64,000 bases of DNA from assembly GCA_043228905.1 (NCBI GenBank), contig JBHGNT010000004.1, positions 7,688,001-7,752,000 on the forward strand. The letters are read 5' to 3'. This document shows positions 27,686-38,080 of this stretch, one piece after another. Each line of letters opens with the position of its first letter. Within the stretch, counting starts at the first letter, position 1. This DNA is from Azolla caroliniana (Eukaryota; Plantae; Polypodiophyta). The position numbers and the translations under genes were made by a program. A model generated the notes under the pieces. That model had not been told where the DNA came from. It did not search any database and saw only the letters and a program-made list of their open reading frames with translations.

Positions 27686-30600
27686 ATGGACGATTTGTTG
27701 GGAGGCATGTTCAAGCTCACCGACTCCAACTATTCGGTGTGGAAGTCGAAGATGAGGGACATGCTCGTGGTTAAAGATCTTTGGTTGCCGGTTCAGTTCA
27801 GGGACAAGAGATCGGACAAAATCGATGCCACAATATGGGAGGTGATACACATGAAGACAACAACGTACATACAGTGCTTCATCGACATGGGTTATTACAA
27901 CAACTTCAATGAAGAGAGCAAGGCTCATGAGCTCTGGGAGAAGATCGGCATTATGTTTCAGAACAAAAATGTTGTTAATCAGGTTTCGGTATTTCGGAAG
28001 CTAGTAAGACTCTGGTACCAAGATGGCTCTAGCATGGCGGAGCACATGAATGCCTTCCAGGGGCTGATCCACCAGGCAACATCATTGGAAGTACCTCTCG
28101 CCGATGAGGTACTAGCACTACTCCTGCTTGGTTCCCTCCTAGATAGCTGGGAGACGTTGGTTGTCACTTTGGGCAATGCCGGGCCGGAAGGGAAACGGTT
28201 ATCCCTAGCAAGAGTGAAGTCGAGCTTGCTAGATGAGGAGGCGCGTCGGAAAGACAAGGATACGAACTCCGACTCCAAAGCGCTCATTACCGAATCGAAA
28301 CGCGGAAGACAAAGGAACCGTAGTCCCCAGAACCGGGAGAAGTCGGGGACACGGTCAAAGTCAAGGGGGAGGCCTACCTGCTTCTATTGCGGCAAGCCGG
28401 GACACTTCTAGAAGAACTGTCAGCACTTCCGAAAAGACAAGGAAACCGATGGTACCGATTCGAAGCGGACACTAGACCAGAGCGGTAAAGATCGGAGGGG
28501 AACAGACCGGAAGGGAACAACGACAATCGCGGCAAGTGAAGAAGAGTTGATGCTCATCACCGAGGAGAGTGAGCTAAACCTTGCCGGTGACGAGATGACC
28601 TGGGTGGTCGACTCCGGAGCGTCGTTCCACCTTACCCCAGACCGGAAATGCTTCTCATCCTACTCAGCCGGTGATCACGACTGTGTCCGGATGGGGAATG
28701 AAGGTACATGCCGAATTGTCGGCATAGGAGACGTGTGGTTGACAACACCAACCAGATGCAAGCTGCTGCTGAAGGATGTCCAACACGTTCCGGAGGTTCA
28801 TTTGAACCTGATATCAGCCGGTCGGCTAGATGATGAAGGCTACACGGGTAGCATCCGTAACGGTGTTATGAAGTTCAACAAAGGGAGCCTGATTGTGGCT
28901 CGGGCCCGGAAGGTCAACACGTTGTACCTGATGAATGCCCGATTATGCCCGAAAGAAGTGAACGTGGCATCCGACACTGCCGGTGAGCTGTGGCACAAGA
29001 GGCTGTGTCACATGAGCGAGAAGGGGATGAAGAGGCTTGTAGACGACAACCTCATTCCAGTGAAGAACGTGCACTTGGAGAAGTGCACTGATTTTCTGGC
29101 TGGTAAATAAAACCGGACCTCCTTCCGATCGAGGCCACCGATGAGACGTAATGCACCACTGGAGTTGGTGCATACTGATGTATGTCAAGTGGACACGAAG
29201 TCACATGCCAGATTGCAGTACTTCGTGACGTTCATAGATGACCATAGCCGGAAGCTGTGGGCCACACTGTTGAAGATGAAGGATCAGGTGTTATCCGTCT
29301 TCAAAGAGCTCCACGCGAGAGTGGAAAGAGAAACCGGCCGGAAGCTGAAGGCGGTTCGAGCAGATAACGAAGGTGAATACCGGGGGTAGTTCGAGGAATA
29401 CTGTCGCTCGAAGGGAATCCGGCTCGAATTTACCGTGCCGAAGACGCTGGAACTAAACGGGTTGGCCGAGAGGATGAATCGGACCATAATGGAGAGGGTC
29501 CGGAGTATGCTGGCGCATGCAAAATTACCCAAGACGTTTTGGGTTGAGGCGTTGTCGACAATGACGTATGTGATAAACAGATCACCCTCAGTGCCCTTGG
29601 ATGGAGACACACCGTAGAAGGTGTGGACCGGTAAGCAAGGGTCCTACCAACATCTGAAGATGTTCGGGTGTCTCGTGTACGTGCATGTTGCTAAGGACCG
29701 GAGAGGAAAGTTGGATCCAAAGACCCGGCCATGCATATTCCTCGGATACGGCGATGACGAGTTCGGCTACTGAGTGTGGGATCCGGTTGACAAGAAGGCT
29801 TTCCGGAGCCGAGATATTATCTTCATGGAGGACAAGACTCTTGCCGACTGGGAGTCGGAGAAGAAGATAATGAACTCCGATGAGATTCGGACACACCCGG
29901 CTAAGAGCCGGTTGACACTCGAGGAACCAGCCGGTTACGGTGAGGATACCGAACCGGCAAAAGAAGAAGTAGAGGAAGGTGAAATTGGAACCGGCCAAGA
30001 CCCCAAATCGGATTCGAATGAAGAACAAATAGTGGAGCCGGTTGCTGAAGGCCAAAGACGGAGATATCCTCTCAGAGAGAGGAGGGCCCCCCGGAGATTT
30101 CCGGATGCAGAGCATGTGCTACTGACTGATGAGGGAGAGCCGGAAAGCTTCGAAGAAGCGGAGGATGACACCAACAACCGCAAATGGTTAAGTGCCATGC
30201 AGGATGAGATGGATTCCTTGCATGAGAATCATACATATGAATTGGTGGAGTTGCCGAAAGGAAAGCGGGCACTTCGAAACAAGTGGGTGTACAAGTTGAA
30301 ACCGGGAGATGCTGGTAACCCCCCGAGATACAAAACTAGGATCGTGGTGAAGGGGTTCCAGCAGAAGAAGGGCGTGGACTTCGACGAGATATTTGCCCCG
30401 GTAGTAAAGATAACCTCCATCCGGACGGTGCTGAGTATAGCGGCAAGCATGGACCTCGAGGTAGAGTAGCTGGACGTGAAGACGACATTCCTTCACGGTG
30501 ACCTCGAAGAGGAGATCTACATGCAGTAACCGGAAGGATTCGTGGAGAAAGGGAAGGAGCACCTGGTTTGCCGGTTGAAGAAGAGCCTGTACGGACTGAA

Positions 30601-31708
30601 GCAGGCTCCCCGACAATGGTACCGGAAGTTCGACTCCTTCATGACTGATCAAGGGTACCACAAGACACAGGCCGATTACTGCGTGTTTGTGAAGAAGTTC
30701 GAAGGAGGCGACTTCCTGATACTCCTTCTGTACGTGGACGACATGTTGATCGTTGGACGGGACCAAGCCAAAATACGGATGCTGAAGAAGGCTCTCAATC
30801 GAACCTTCGCAATGAAAGACTTGGGCCTGGCAAGACAAATACTGGGGATGCACATCATCCGGGACCGGTCAAAGAAGCAATTGTGGTTGTCACAGGAGAA
30901 ATACGTGACAAAGGTGGTTCAGCGGTTCAACATGTTTGAAGCAAAACCTGTCGGATTGACACTCTCGGCAAACTACAGACTATCCAGTAAGCAAAGCCCG
31001 AAGACGAAAGCAGAGAAGGCTGATATGATAAAGGTTCCATATGCCTATGCCGTCGGGAGCTTCATGTACGCAATGGTGTGTACTCGGCCGGATATTGGAT
31101 ACGCAGTAGGAGTGGTGACCCAGTTTATGAGCAATCCCGACAAGGAGCATTGGAACTCGATCAAATGGATACTTCGGTACTTGAAGGGCACTTCGAATAT
31201 GTGTCTCCAATTCGGCTCCGGTAAACCTTAACTTGACGGTTTTACCGATTCAGACATGTCGGCTGATGTGGATACCAACCGATCTACATCTGGGTATGTA
31301 ATGACATATGCATGGGGAGCTGTTTCGTGGCAATCGTGGCTGTAGAAGACGGTTGCATTGTCAACCACGGAGGCGGAGTACATGGCGGTTGTGGAAGCCG
31401 GCAAGGAAATATTATGGATGACGGACTTCATTGGAGAGCTCGGTATCTGGCAAGATGAATACCGGCTCTATTGCGACAGTCAAAGTGCCATCTACCTTGC
31501 TAAGAACGCAACGTACCATTCCAAGACGAAGCACATCCAGCGTAGGTATCACTCGATCCGAGAGCGAGTAGAGAATCGAGAGTTCGCGTTGACGAAGATC
31601 CACACGGCCGAGAACGGGTCAGATATGCTGACCAAAGTACTGATACCCGACAAGCTGGATGTATGTCAGAGGCGGGTCGGACTAGTACGACATCCCATGC
31701 CGGAGTGA
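27686..31708 (+). pseudogene. Gag-pol of element C, single frame broken by ~9 in-frame stops
   Basis: All ORF pieces (27614, 28547, 29141, 29435, 29774, 30542, 31358) share one frame. Motifs: CFYCGKPGH, WVVDSGAS, VHTDVC/ADNEGEY/NGLAERMNR, LYVDD, TEAEY, TKHIQRRYH. Confidence 0.92.
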
Positions 31709-31732
31709 AGGGGGAGTTTGTTAGGAAACAGG

Positions 31733-34700
31733 TGTCGAATACATGTGTATAATGGACGTATTCACACTATCTCGTTTTGGCCATTTATGTAATTAGCATA
31801 AAGGGTAGTTGCCCTAAGTCGGTCACTATATATAGTGACCTTGTAACCTTTTTGTAAGGTTGGGTGTTGTATTCTTGTCTATTGGAATAAAGAGTGTTTT
31901 GTGCCTCTCTCTCTCTCTCTCTCTCTCTGTGCAACGACATAGAAACTGTCATACGCAGGTATTCAGAAATAATCGAATGCTTCTTGATCTTCCGCATAGA
32001 CGACTTTGTCTCCAACATCTGGTATCAGAGCCTGCACAGTAGTCGGTCCCTCAATCCGCTGTCGGCCGTCGTCTCTGCATTCGGTTTCCTGCGTCATTCG
32101 AAGAAGAGAGAAGAAGAAGAAAAACCAGGTTTGCATCTCATCGCGTTAGATCATCTTTGCTTGGAGTAAGCCAGCAGGTTGTACTCCGTTCCCTGTGATC
32201 GTAACCGCTCGAGGTGAAATCCCCTTGTGCATCATTGACACGATCGTGCTCCATTCGGTTAAACGGCATCCGAAAAGGTCGTTAAACGCTGCTCGCCGCT
32301 CGTTGTAACCACTCGGTGCAGATCGGTCTCAAGACAACAACCCCAAATTCGTGCTTCATCCGGCTGATCGACATTCGAGAGGATCAGTTGGATCCATCTC
32401 TCTCGTCGCTGCAGTCACCCGAAGCCGAATCGGTCCAGATAATCGGTTTCAATAATAGGTATTCGGTATATATATCCGAAGCGAACCGGGCTCACTTCGA
32501 CTCGGAACCATTCGGGAAGACTAGTCGGTTCTGTCCCCCAAGTTACCGGAGTCAATTCGAGCAAGTTCCGAAGCCGAACCGACTCGGGTTCAAATCCGAC
32601 TAGAGCGATATCGGGTGAGCCAACCGGCTGCACTCCAACAAGGCTCGTAGTCAACTCCGAACCGAGCTTCCTCAACCGAAACCGAATTTGATGGCATCAA
32701 CATCCGGCTCGTCAGAAATGAGTCTCCGAAAGTTCGATGGATCGAACTTCAACTTCTGGAAGGAGCAAATGCAGGACTATCTCATAGTCAAGGGGCAAAT
32801 CGATCCCGTCGAAAATGAAGAACCTCCAGAAGGATACAAACCAATTGAGTGGCAGAAGCTGGACAGAATCGTCCGCGCCACGATTCGGATGCACCTATCG
32901 GAATCGGTATACTTTACGGTGCAATCGTGTACGACAGCATTCGAACTGTGGAAAACACTGTCGGACACTTACGAAAAGAAGGTCGCCGCAACAAAGAGGT
33001 TTCTGATCCGGCGCCTCTACAACTTGCGGATGAAAGAATCCGACTCGGTTCAAGCACACCTCAATGAGTACGAAAGCATAAGCTCCCAAATCTCGTCACA
33101 GGGGACGGCAATCGAGGATGAACTCAGAGCAATGATACTCATGAGCAGCCTTCCCTCATCATGGGAAACTTTCGTCACAACCGTGTGCAACGCGTCAACC
33201 ACGGCTGTTAAGTACTCCGAAGTCACGAGCGCAATCCTGACCGAAGCAGCTCGGAGAAAGTCTTTCGCCAAAGACTCAACAGACGACGCTTATGTAGTAC
33301 AAGGTTCGACAGACCGATCGAACATACGAGGAAGAGATTCCTCACGGCCGCCGAACAATCAGCGAAGACGGAGCCAGTCACGGGATAACCGAATCTGCAA
33401 CTATTGCAAGAAACCCGGACACATCAAAGCCGACTGCCGCGCACTCAAGAACAAGAACAACAAGAAGAGTGGCCGGCATGAGGAGATCAATTACGTCAGC
33501 TTCTCAGCTGATGTGCTACCAGACGACCCGAATATACTATCAATCGAAAATCCAGTCGGATCAGAAGTCCTACTCACGACTGAAGAATCGAGCACATGGC
33601 TCTTAGATTCGGGCGCGTCATTTCACGTGACTCCTCATCGATCCCAATTTCGGCAATATACGATCCGTCACTCCGACTCAGTTCGAGTCGGCAACTCACA
33701 ACACTGTGACATCATCGGAATCGGCACAGTAGAGCTCAACCTTGCAGGTGGCTCTACACTTGTACTCCACAATGTCCGACATGTACCCGAGCTCTCAAGG
33801 CCATTGATCTCAGTCGGACAACTAGATGAAGACGGCATTCGTGCCGGTTTTTCTTCGGGAGGGTGGACACTCCACAGGGGGAACCTCCTGCTTGCTAGAG
33901 GACCCAAGATACACTCACTGTATCCGTTACATGTTACGCTCAGAGAGGGTAACCTGTTTTTGGTGGATATTCCTGTGTCATCACTATGGCACCGAAGATT
34001 AGGACACCTCAGCAAGGCCGGCATCACGCACCTATCCAGAGCCGGATACATCCCCAAACTCTCCTTCTCCGACCATCAATTCTGCGAGCATTGCCAGTAT
34101 GGCAAACAAGTAGCCGCATCACACCCGACATCAACACCAAGAGAAACGAGACCTCTCGATTTAGTCCACTCGGACGTCTGTGGCCCAATGCCGCATCAGT
34201 CTCTTGGCGGTGCCTCTTACTTCGTCACTTTTGTTGACGATTCGACTCGAAAGGTGTGGGCTTATCCGATTCGCACCAAAGATCGGGTCTTCTCGATCTT
34301 CTCCGATTGGCTCGCTATGGTAGAAAATCAAACCGACCGAAAGCTGAAATGCCTTCGGACAGACAATGGGGGAGAGTTCAAATCCGAAGAATTCGTCAAA
34401 TTCTGCCGACAACGCGGCATCCGACGTGAATTTACGGCACCACACAGTCCGGAGCAAAACGGGATTGCAGAACGAATGAATCGGACAATCCAAGAAAGGA
34501 TAGTCTCCATGCTCCAACACTCCGGACTGTCGGATGGCTTCTGGGCAGAGGCTCTACTCACGGCAGTACACATAATCAATATGTCGCCAAGTAGACCTCT
34601 AGGACTTCAAATTCCTCAGGAACTATGGATCGGCAGTAAGCCGAATTACGACAAGCTGAGGATCTTCGGATGCGAGGCGTACGCCCTTATTCCGAAAGAT

Positions 34701-37182
34701 GATCGCCGAAAACTTGCACCTCGGTCCAGGATATGCATTTTCCTTGGATATGGATCAGACGGCGAAATGGGATACCGACTCTGGGACCCCGAACGCAGAC
34801 AAATCGTTCGAAGTTCGGACGTTGTGTTCCACGAGTCGGCTATGAATCCATCAGTCGAGAAACCGATCGAAGTCCGAAGGGTAACATTTTCCGACGTGCC
34901 GACCCTTCAAGAAGGCCCCGCTCTCAACACACGGTCAGCTTCACGGGTAGCTGAACCTTACACTACCGACTCGGACAACTCCGACTCGGCACAGCAGAAC
35001 ACTCCGCTTTCGGACCATCCGACCGTGATACCCGATGCGACCAGTCCAATCATACCTCGACGATCCGAGAGACTGTCGCAACCTCCGGAGAGGTATTCTC
35101 CTGGAATTTTCTTCACCGACGCCGGCGAACCGACGTCTTACGAAGAAGCATCGACATCTGTCGATTCCGCCACCTGGCATCTGGCGATGGAGTCGGAAAT
35201 GCACTCCATTCGGGCAAACAAGACTTGGGATCTGGTCGAATTACCTAGGAACCGACGTGCTCTTCCTTGCAAGTGGGTTTATCGACTAAAAGAGACGTCT
35301 GATTCGACCACCCCAAAGTACAAGGCCAGATTAGTTGCGAAGGGCTTCCGACAGGAATATGGCGTCGACTTCGACGAGATTTTTTCACCAGTGGTGAAAA
35401 TGACAACCCTTCGTTTCCTACTCGGCGTAGTGGCAGCCGACAACTTGGAGCTGATTCAGCTAGATGTCAAAACAACCTTCCTCCATGGTGATCTCGAGGA
35501 GGAAATTTATATGGAGCAGCCAAAAGGCTTCGTGGCAACTGGCCAAGAACATCTAGTCTGCCGACTCAGGAAGAGTCTATACGGCCTCAAACAGGCACCA
35601 CGACAATGGTACAAGAAGTTCGACGACTTCATCCAATCGATCGGCTTCTCAAAAAGCGATGAGGACCATTGTCTCTTCACCAACACAGCTCAAGATGGAT
35701 CACCCATCTTCCTCATCATTTACGTGGACGACATGCTAATTTCTGGACGCCACGCGGGCGAACTTGCCGATCTCATTCGGCAACTGTGGTTGAAGTTTGC
35801 CATGAAGGACCTCGGTCCGGCACGACACATCCTTGGCATGAAAATTAGTCGGCATCGCGATAAACGACATCTTTTTTTGTCTCAGACCGACTATATCGGA
35901 CGTGTCTTGGAACGCTTCAACATGCAATCCGCCAAATCTGCTTCAACCCCGCTCCCAATGAATCTTCGGCTCTCTCAGCGAGACTGCCCGACATCCGGCC
36001 CGGAGGGGGAAGATATGAAGTCGGTACCGTATGCACCGGGAGTCGGCTCCCTTATGTACCTGATGGTCGCGACACGGCCTGATATTTCTCACGCCGTAGG
36101 AGTCGTTAGCAGATTTATGCACAATCCTGGCCGATCGCATTGGAACGCAGTCAAGCATGTGTTCAGATATCTGGCTGGCACAAAAGACCACGGCATTCTT
36201 TTCGGTCCGAACCGAACCTCAGGCGTAGTCGGTTACACCGACTCGGACTTCGCCGGCTATATAGACAGTCGGAAATCAACAACCGGATACTGCTTCAAAT
36301 TCGGCAATGGAGCAATCTCGTGGAAGTCGAAACTTCAGGAGTGCACAGCGACCTCAACGACCGAAGCAGAATATGTAGCTGCGTCCGACGCAGCAAAAGA
36401 AGCCTTATGGCTTGGTCGGCTGGCGCACACGTTTCGGCAAGTCGACCATGACTCGGCCCCAGTTGTCTATAGCGACAGTCAAGGTGCTGTTGCCCTGTCG
36501 AAAAATCCGGTTCACCACAACGCCTCCAAACATATCGACGTTCGATATCACTTCGTTCGGGACTGCGTCATTTCAGGGAAAATCGGTCTAGAGAAAATAT
36601 CCACAACCGACAATGTCGCAGATGGAATGACCAAGTGTCTTTTGGCAGACCGTTTTCGGTCTCTTCGGCATCAGATGGGCGTAACGACAAACCAGTCCGG
36701 TTAGAGCCGGACACAGAGCAGGATGGTTCCGGACAACCGACATCAGTTCCTTAATGATCGGCTTCAACTGTTCCGACCCGACCAGTTCGGTCTTCTGCCT
36801 TCGGACCCTGCCGACTCGAACAAAGCTGATATGTCCGAGAACCTAAGTCTATACCTGTAATCTTAGATAACCCATGTATACGCCCATTACGGGGGAGTGT
36901 CGAATACATGTGTATAATGGACGTATTCACACTATCTCGTTTTGGCCATTTATGTAATTAGCATAAAGGGTAGTTGCCCTAAGTCGGTCACTATATATAG
37001 TGACCTTGTAACCTTTTTGTAAGGTTGGGTGTTGTATTCTTGTCTATTGGAATAAAGAGTGTTTTGTGCCTCTCTCTCTCTCTCTCTCTCTCTGTGCAAC
37101 GACATAGAAACTGTCATACGCAGGTATTCAGAAATAATCGAATGCTTCTTGATCTTCCGCATAGACGACTTTGTCTCCAACA
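31733..37182 (+). mobile_element. Copia element D, intact and very young (Tnt1/Tork-like)
   Basis: TSD ACAGG at 31728-31732 and 37183-37187. LTRs 31733-32017 and 36898-37182 are both 285 bp and identical by eye. Canonical tRNA-iMet PBS TGGTATCAGAGC at 32020-32031; PPT GGGGGAG at 36891-36897. Confidence 0.97.
32691..36704 (+). CDS. Intact copia Gag-Pol polyprotein (Gag, CCHC, protease, integrase, RT, RNase H), 1337 aa from ATG
   Basis: Uninterrupted ORF with CNYCKKPGHIKADC, WLLDSGAS and the integrase zinc finger WHRRLGH..CEHC. Integrase DDE: VHSDVCG, RTDNGGEF, NGIAERMN. RT: QLDVKT.FLHG and YVDD. RNase H: YTDSDFAG, TEAEY, YSDSQ, ADGMTK. Confidence 0.97.
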   Translation: MASTSGSSEMSLRKFDGSNFNFWKEQMQDYLIVKGQIDPVENEEPPEGYKPIEWQKLDRIVRATIRMHLSESVYFTVQSCTTAFELWKTLSDTYEKKVAATKRFLIRRLYNLRMKESDSVQAHLNEYESISSQISSQGTAIEDELRAMILMSSLPSSWETFVTTVCNASTTAVKYSEVTSAILTEAARRKSFAKDSTDDAYVVQGSTDRSNIRGRDSSRPPNNQRRRSQSRDNRICNYCKKPGHIKADCRALKNKNNKKSGRHEEINYVSFSADVLPDDPNILSIENPVGSEVLLTTEESSTWLLDSGASFHVTPHRSQFRQYTIRHSDSVRVGNSQHCDIIGIGTVELNLAGGSTLVLHNVRHVPELSRPLISVGQLDEDGIRAGFSSGGWTLHRGNLLLARGPKIHSLYPLHVTLREGNLFLVDIPVSSLWHRRLGHLSKAGITHLSRAGYIPKLSFSDHQFCEHCQYGKQVAASHPTSTPRETRPLDLVHSDVCGPMPHQSLGGASYFVTFVDDSTRKVWAYPIRTKDRVFSIFSDWLAMVENQTDRKLKCLRTDNGGEFKSEEFVKFCRQRGIRREFTAPHSPEQNGIAERMNRTIQERIVSMLQHSGLSDGFWAEALLTAVHIINMSPSRPLGLQIPQELWIGSKPNYDKLRIFGCEAYALIPKDDRRKLAPRSRICIFLGYGSDGEMGYRLWDPERRQIVRSSDVVFHESAMNPSVEKPIEVRRVTFSDVPTLQEGPALNTRSASRVAEPYTTDSDNSDSAQQNTPLSDHPTVIPDATSPIIPRRSERLSQPPERYSPGIFFTDAGEPTSYEEASTSVDSATWHLAMESEMHSIRANKTWDLVELPRNRRALPCKWVYRLKETSDSTTPKYKARLVAKGFRQEYGVDFDEIFSPVVKMTTLRFLLGVVAADNLELIQLDVKTTFLHGDLEEEIYMEQPKGFVATGQEHLVCRLRKSLYGLKQAPRQWYKKFDDFIQSIGFSKSDEDHCLFTNTAQDGSPIFLIIYVDDMLISGRHAGELADLIRQLWLKFAMKDLGPARHILGMKISRHRDKRHLFLSQTDYIGRVLERFNMQSAKSASTPLPMNLRLSQRDCPTSGPEGEDMKSVPYAPGVGSLMYLMVATRPDISHAVGVVSRFMHNPGRSHWNAVKHVFRYLAGTKDHGILFGPNRTSGVVGYTDSDFAGYIDSRKSTTGYCFKFGNGAISWKSKLQECTATSTTEAEYVAASDAAKEALWLGRLAHTFRQVDHDSAPVVYSDSQGAVALSKNPVHHNASKHIDVRYHFVRDCVISGKIGLEKISTTDNVADGMTKCLLADRFRSLRHQMGVTTNQSG

Positions 37183-37542
37183 ACAGGTTCCTCCGGATGG
37201 GAAGTGAGAAGAACAAAGTTGATGAGCAACTCGGCCGAGGCTGAATCCGGATGTGGAGTACCCGGCAACGGAAGACCCGGTGAGAACCGGATGATGAGTA
37301 CCCAGCAAGGAAGGCCCGGTGAGAACCGGATGACAAGTGCCCAGCAAGAGCCGGATGATGCAGGCCCGGTGAGGAGTGCTCACCAGATGAAGGGACATAT
37401 TCGTAAATATGCTTCTGAGAGTCCATTGGGGCTATATTTGTAAATAGCCAAAAAGTCATATTAGTATAAATATGACTTAGGGCAAACTTAGCATAGTGTA
37501 GTTGTCATTCTTGTTGGTGCAAGATTTGAGTGCGTAACTGTG

Positions 37543-37588
<46 letters not shown>

Positions 37589-38030
37589 GAGGTCGTTGCC
37601 TCTGTTGTAACCGCCGCTTGTGGCGAAGATAGCAAGCTCGAGGTTGTTGCCTCGGTGCTTTACTATTGTACATTGTGATATAGTGATAGTTTGCAGTCTG
37701 TGGGCTGCTGTGGTTTTTCCCTAGTTTGGGTTTTCCACATAAACATCCAGTGTACTCTCCTCTTCACTGTGTCGTGCGTACATTACCCGTTTTCTGTGTT
37801 TGATCCTAGACTCGGTTGTGGCCGAGCATTGTTTGCGGAGCGTGTAGTCCCTTTCACTAAGTACATTTAATATAGGCCTTACACCTTAGTACCTATATTC
37901 CACTCACACATGTGTACCTTTGCACATGAGATGTATGTATACCTCATTGTGGGTATTTTTGTATTTGATGATGATGATAATGCTAATTTAATATACTTAC
38001 TCATCCCCCATCTTGTGTTGTTCATAAGTG

Positions 38031-38080
<50 letters not shown>

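Larger units (their letters stand above)
26994..37856 (+). mobile_element. Copia element C (Tnt1/Tork-like), full length, 3' LTR split by element D
   Basis: TSD CTAAG at 26989-26993 and 37857-37861. 5' LTR 26994-27654; 3' LTR 31719-31732 plus 37188-37856. PBS TGGTATTAGAGC at 27658 and PPT GAAGGGGGAG at 31707-31716. Confidence 0.95.
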
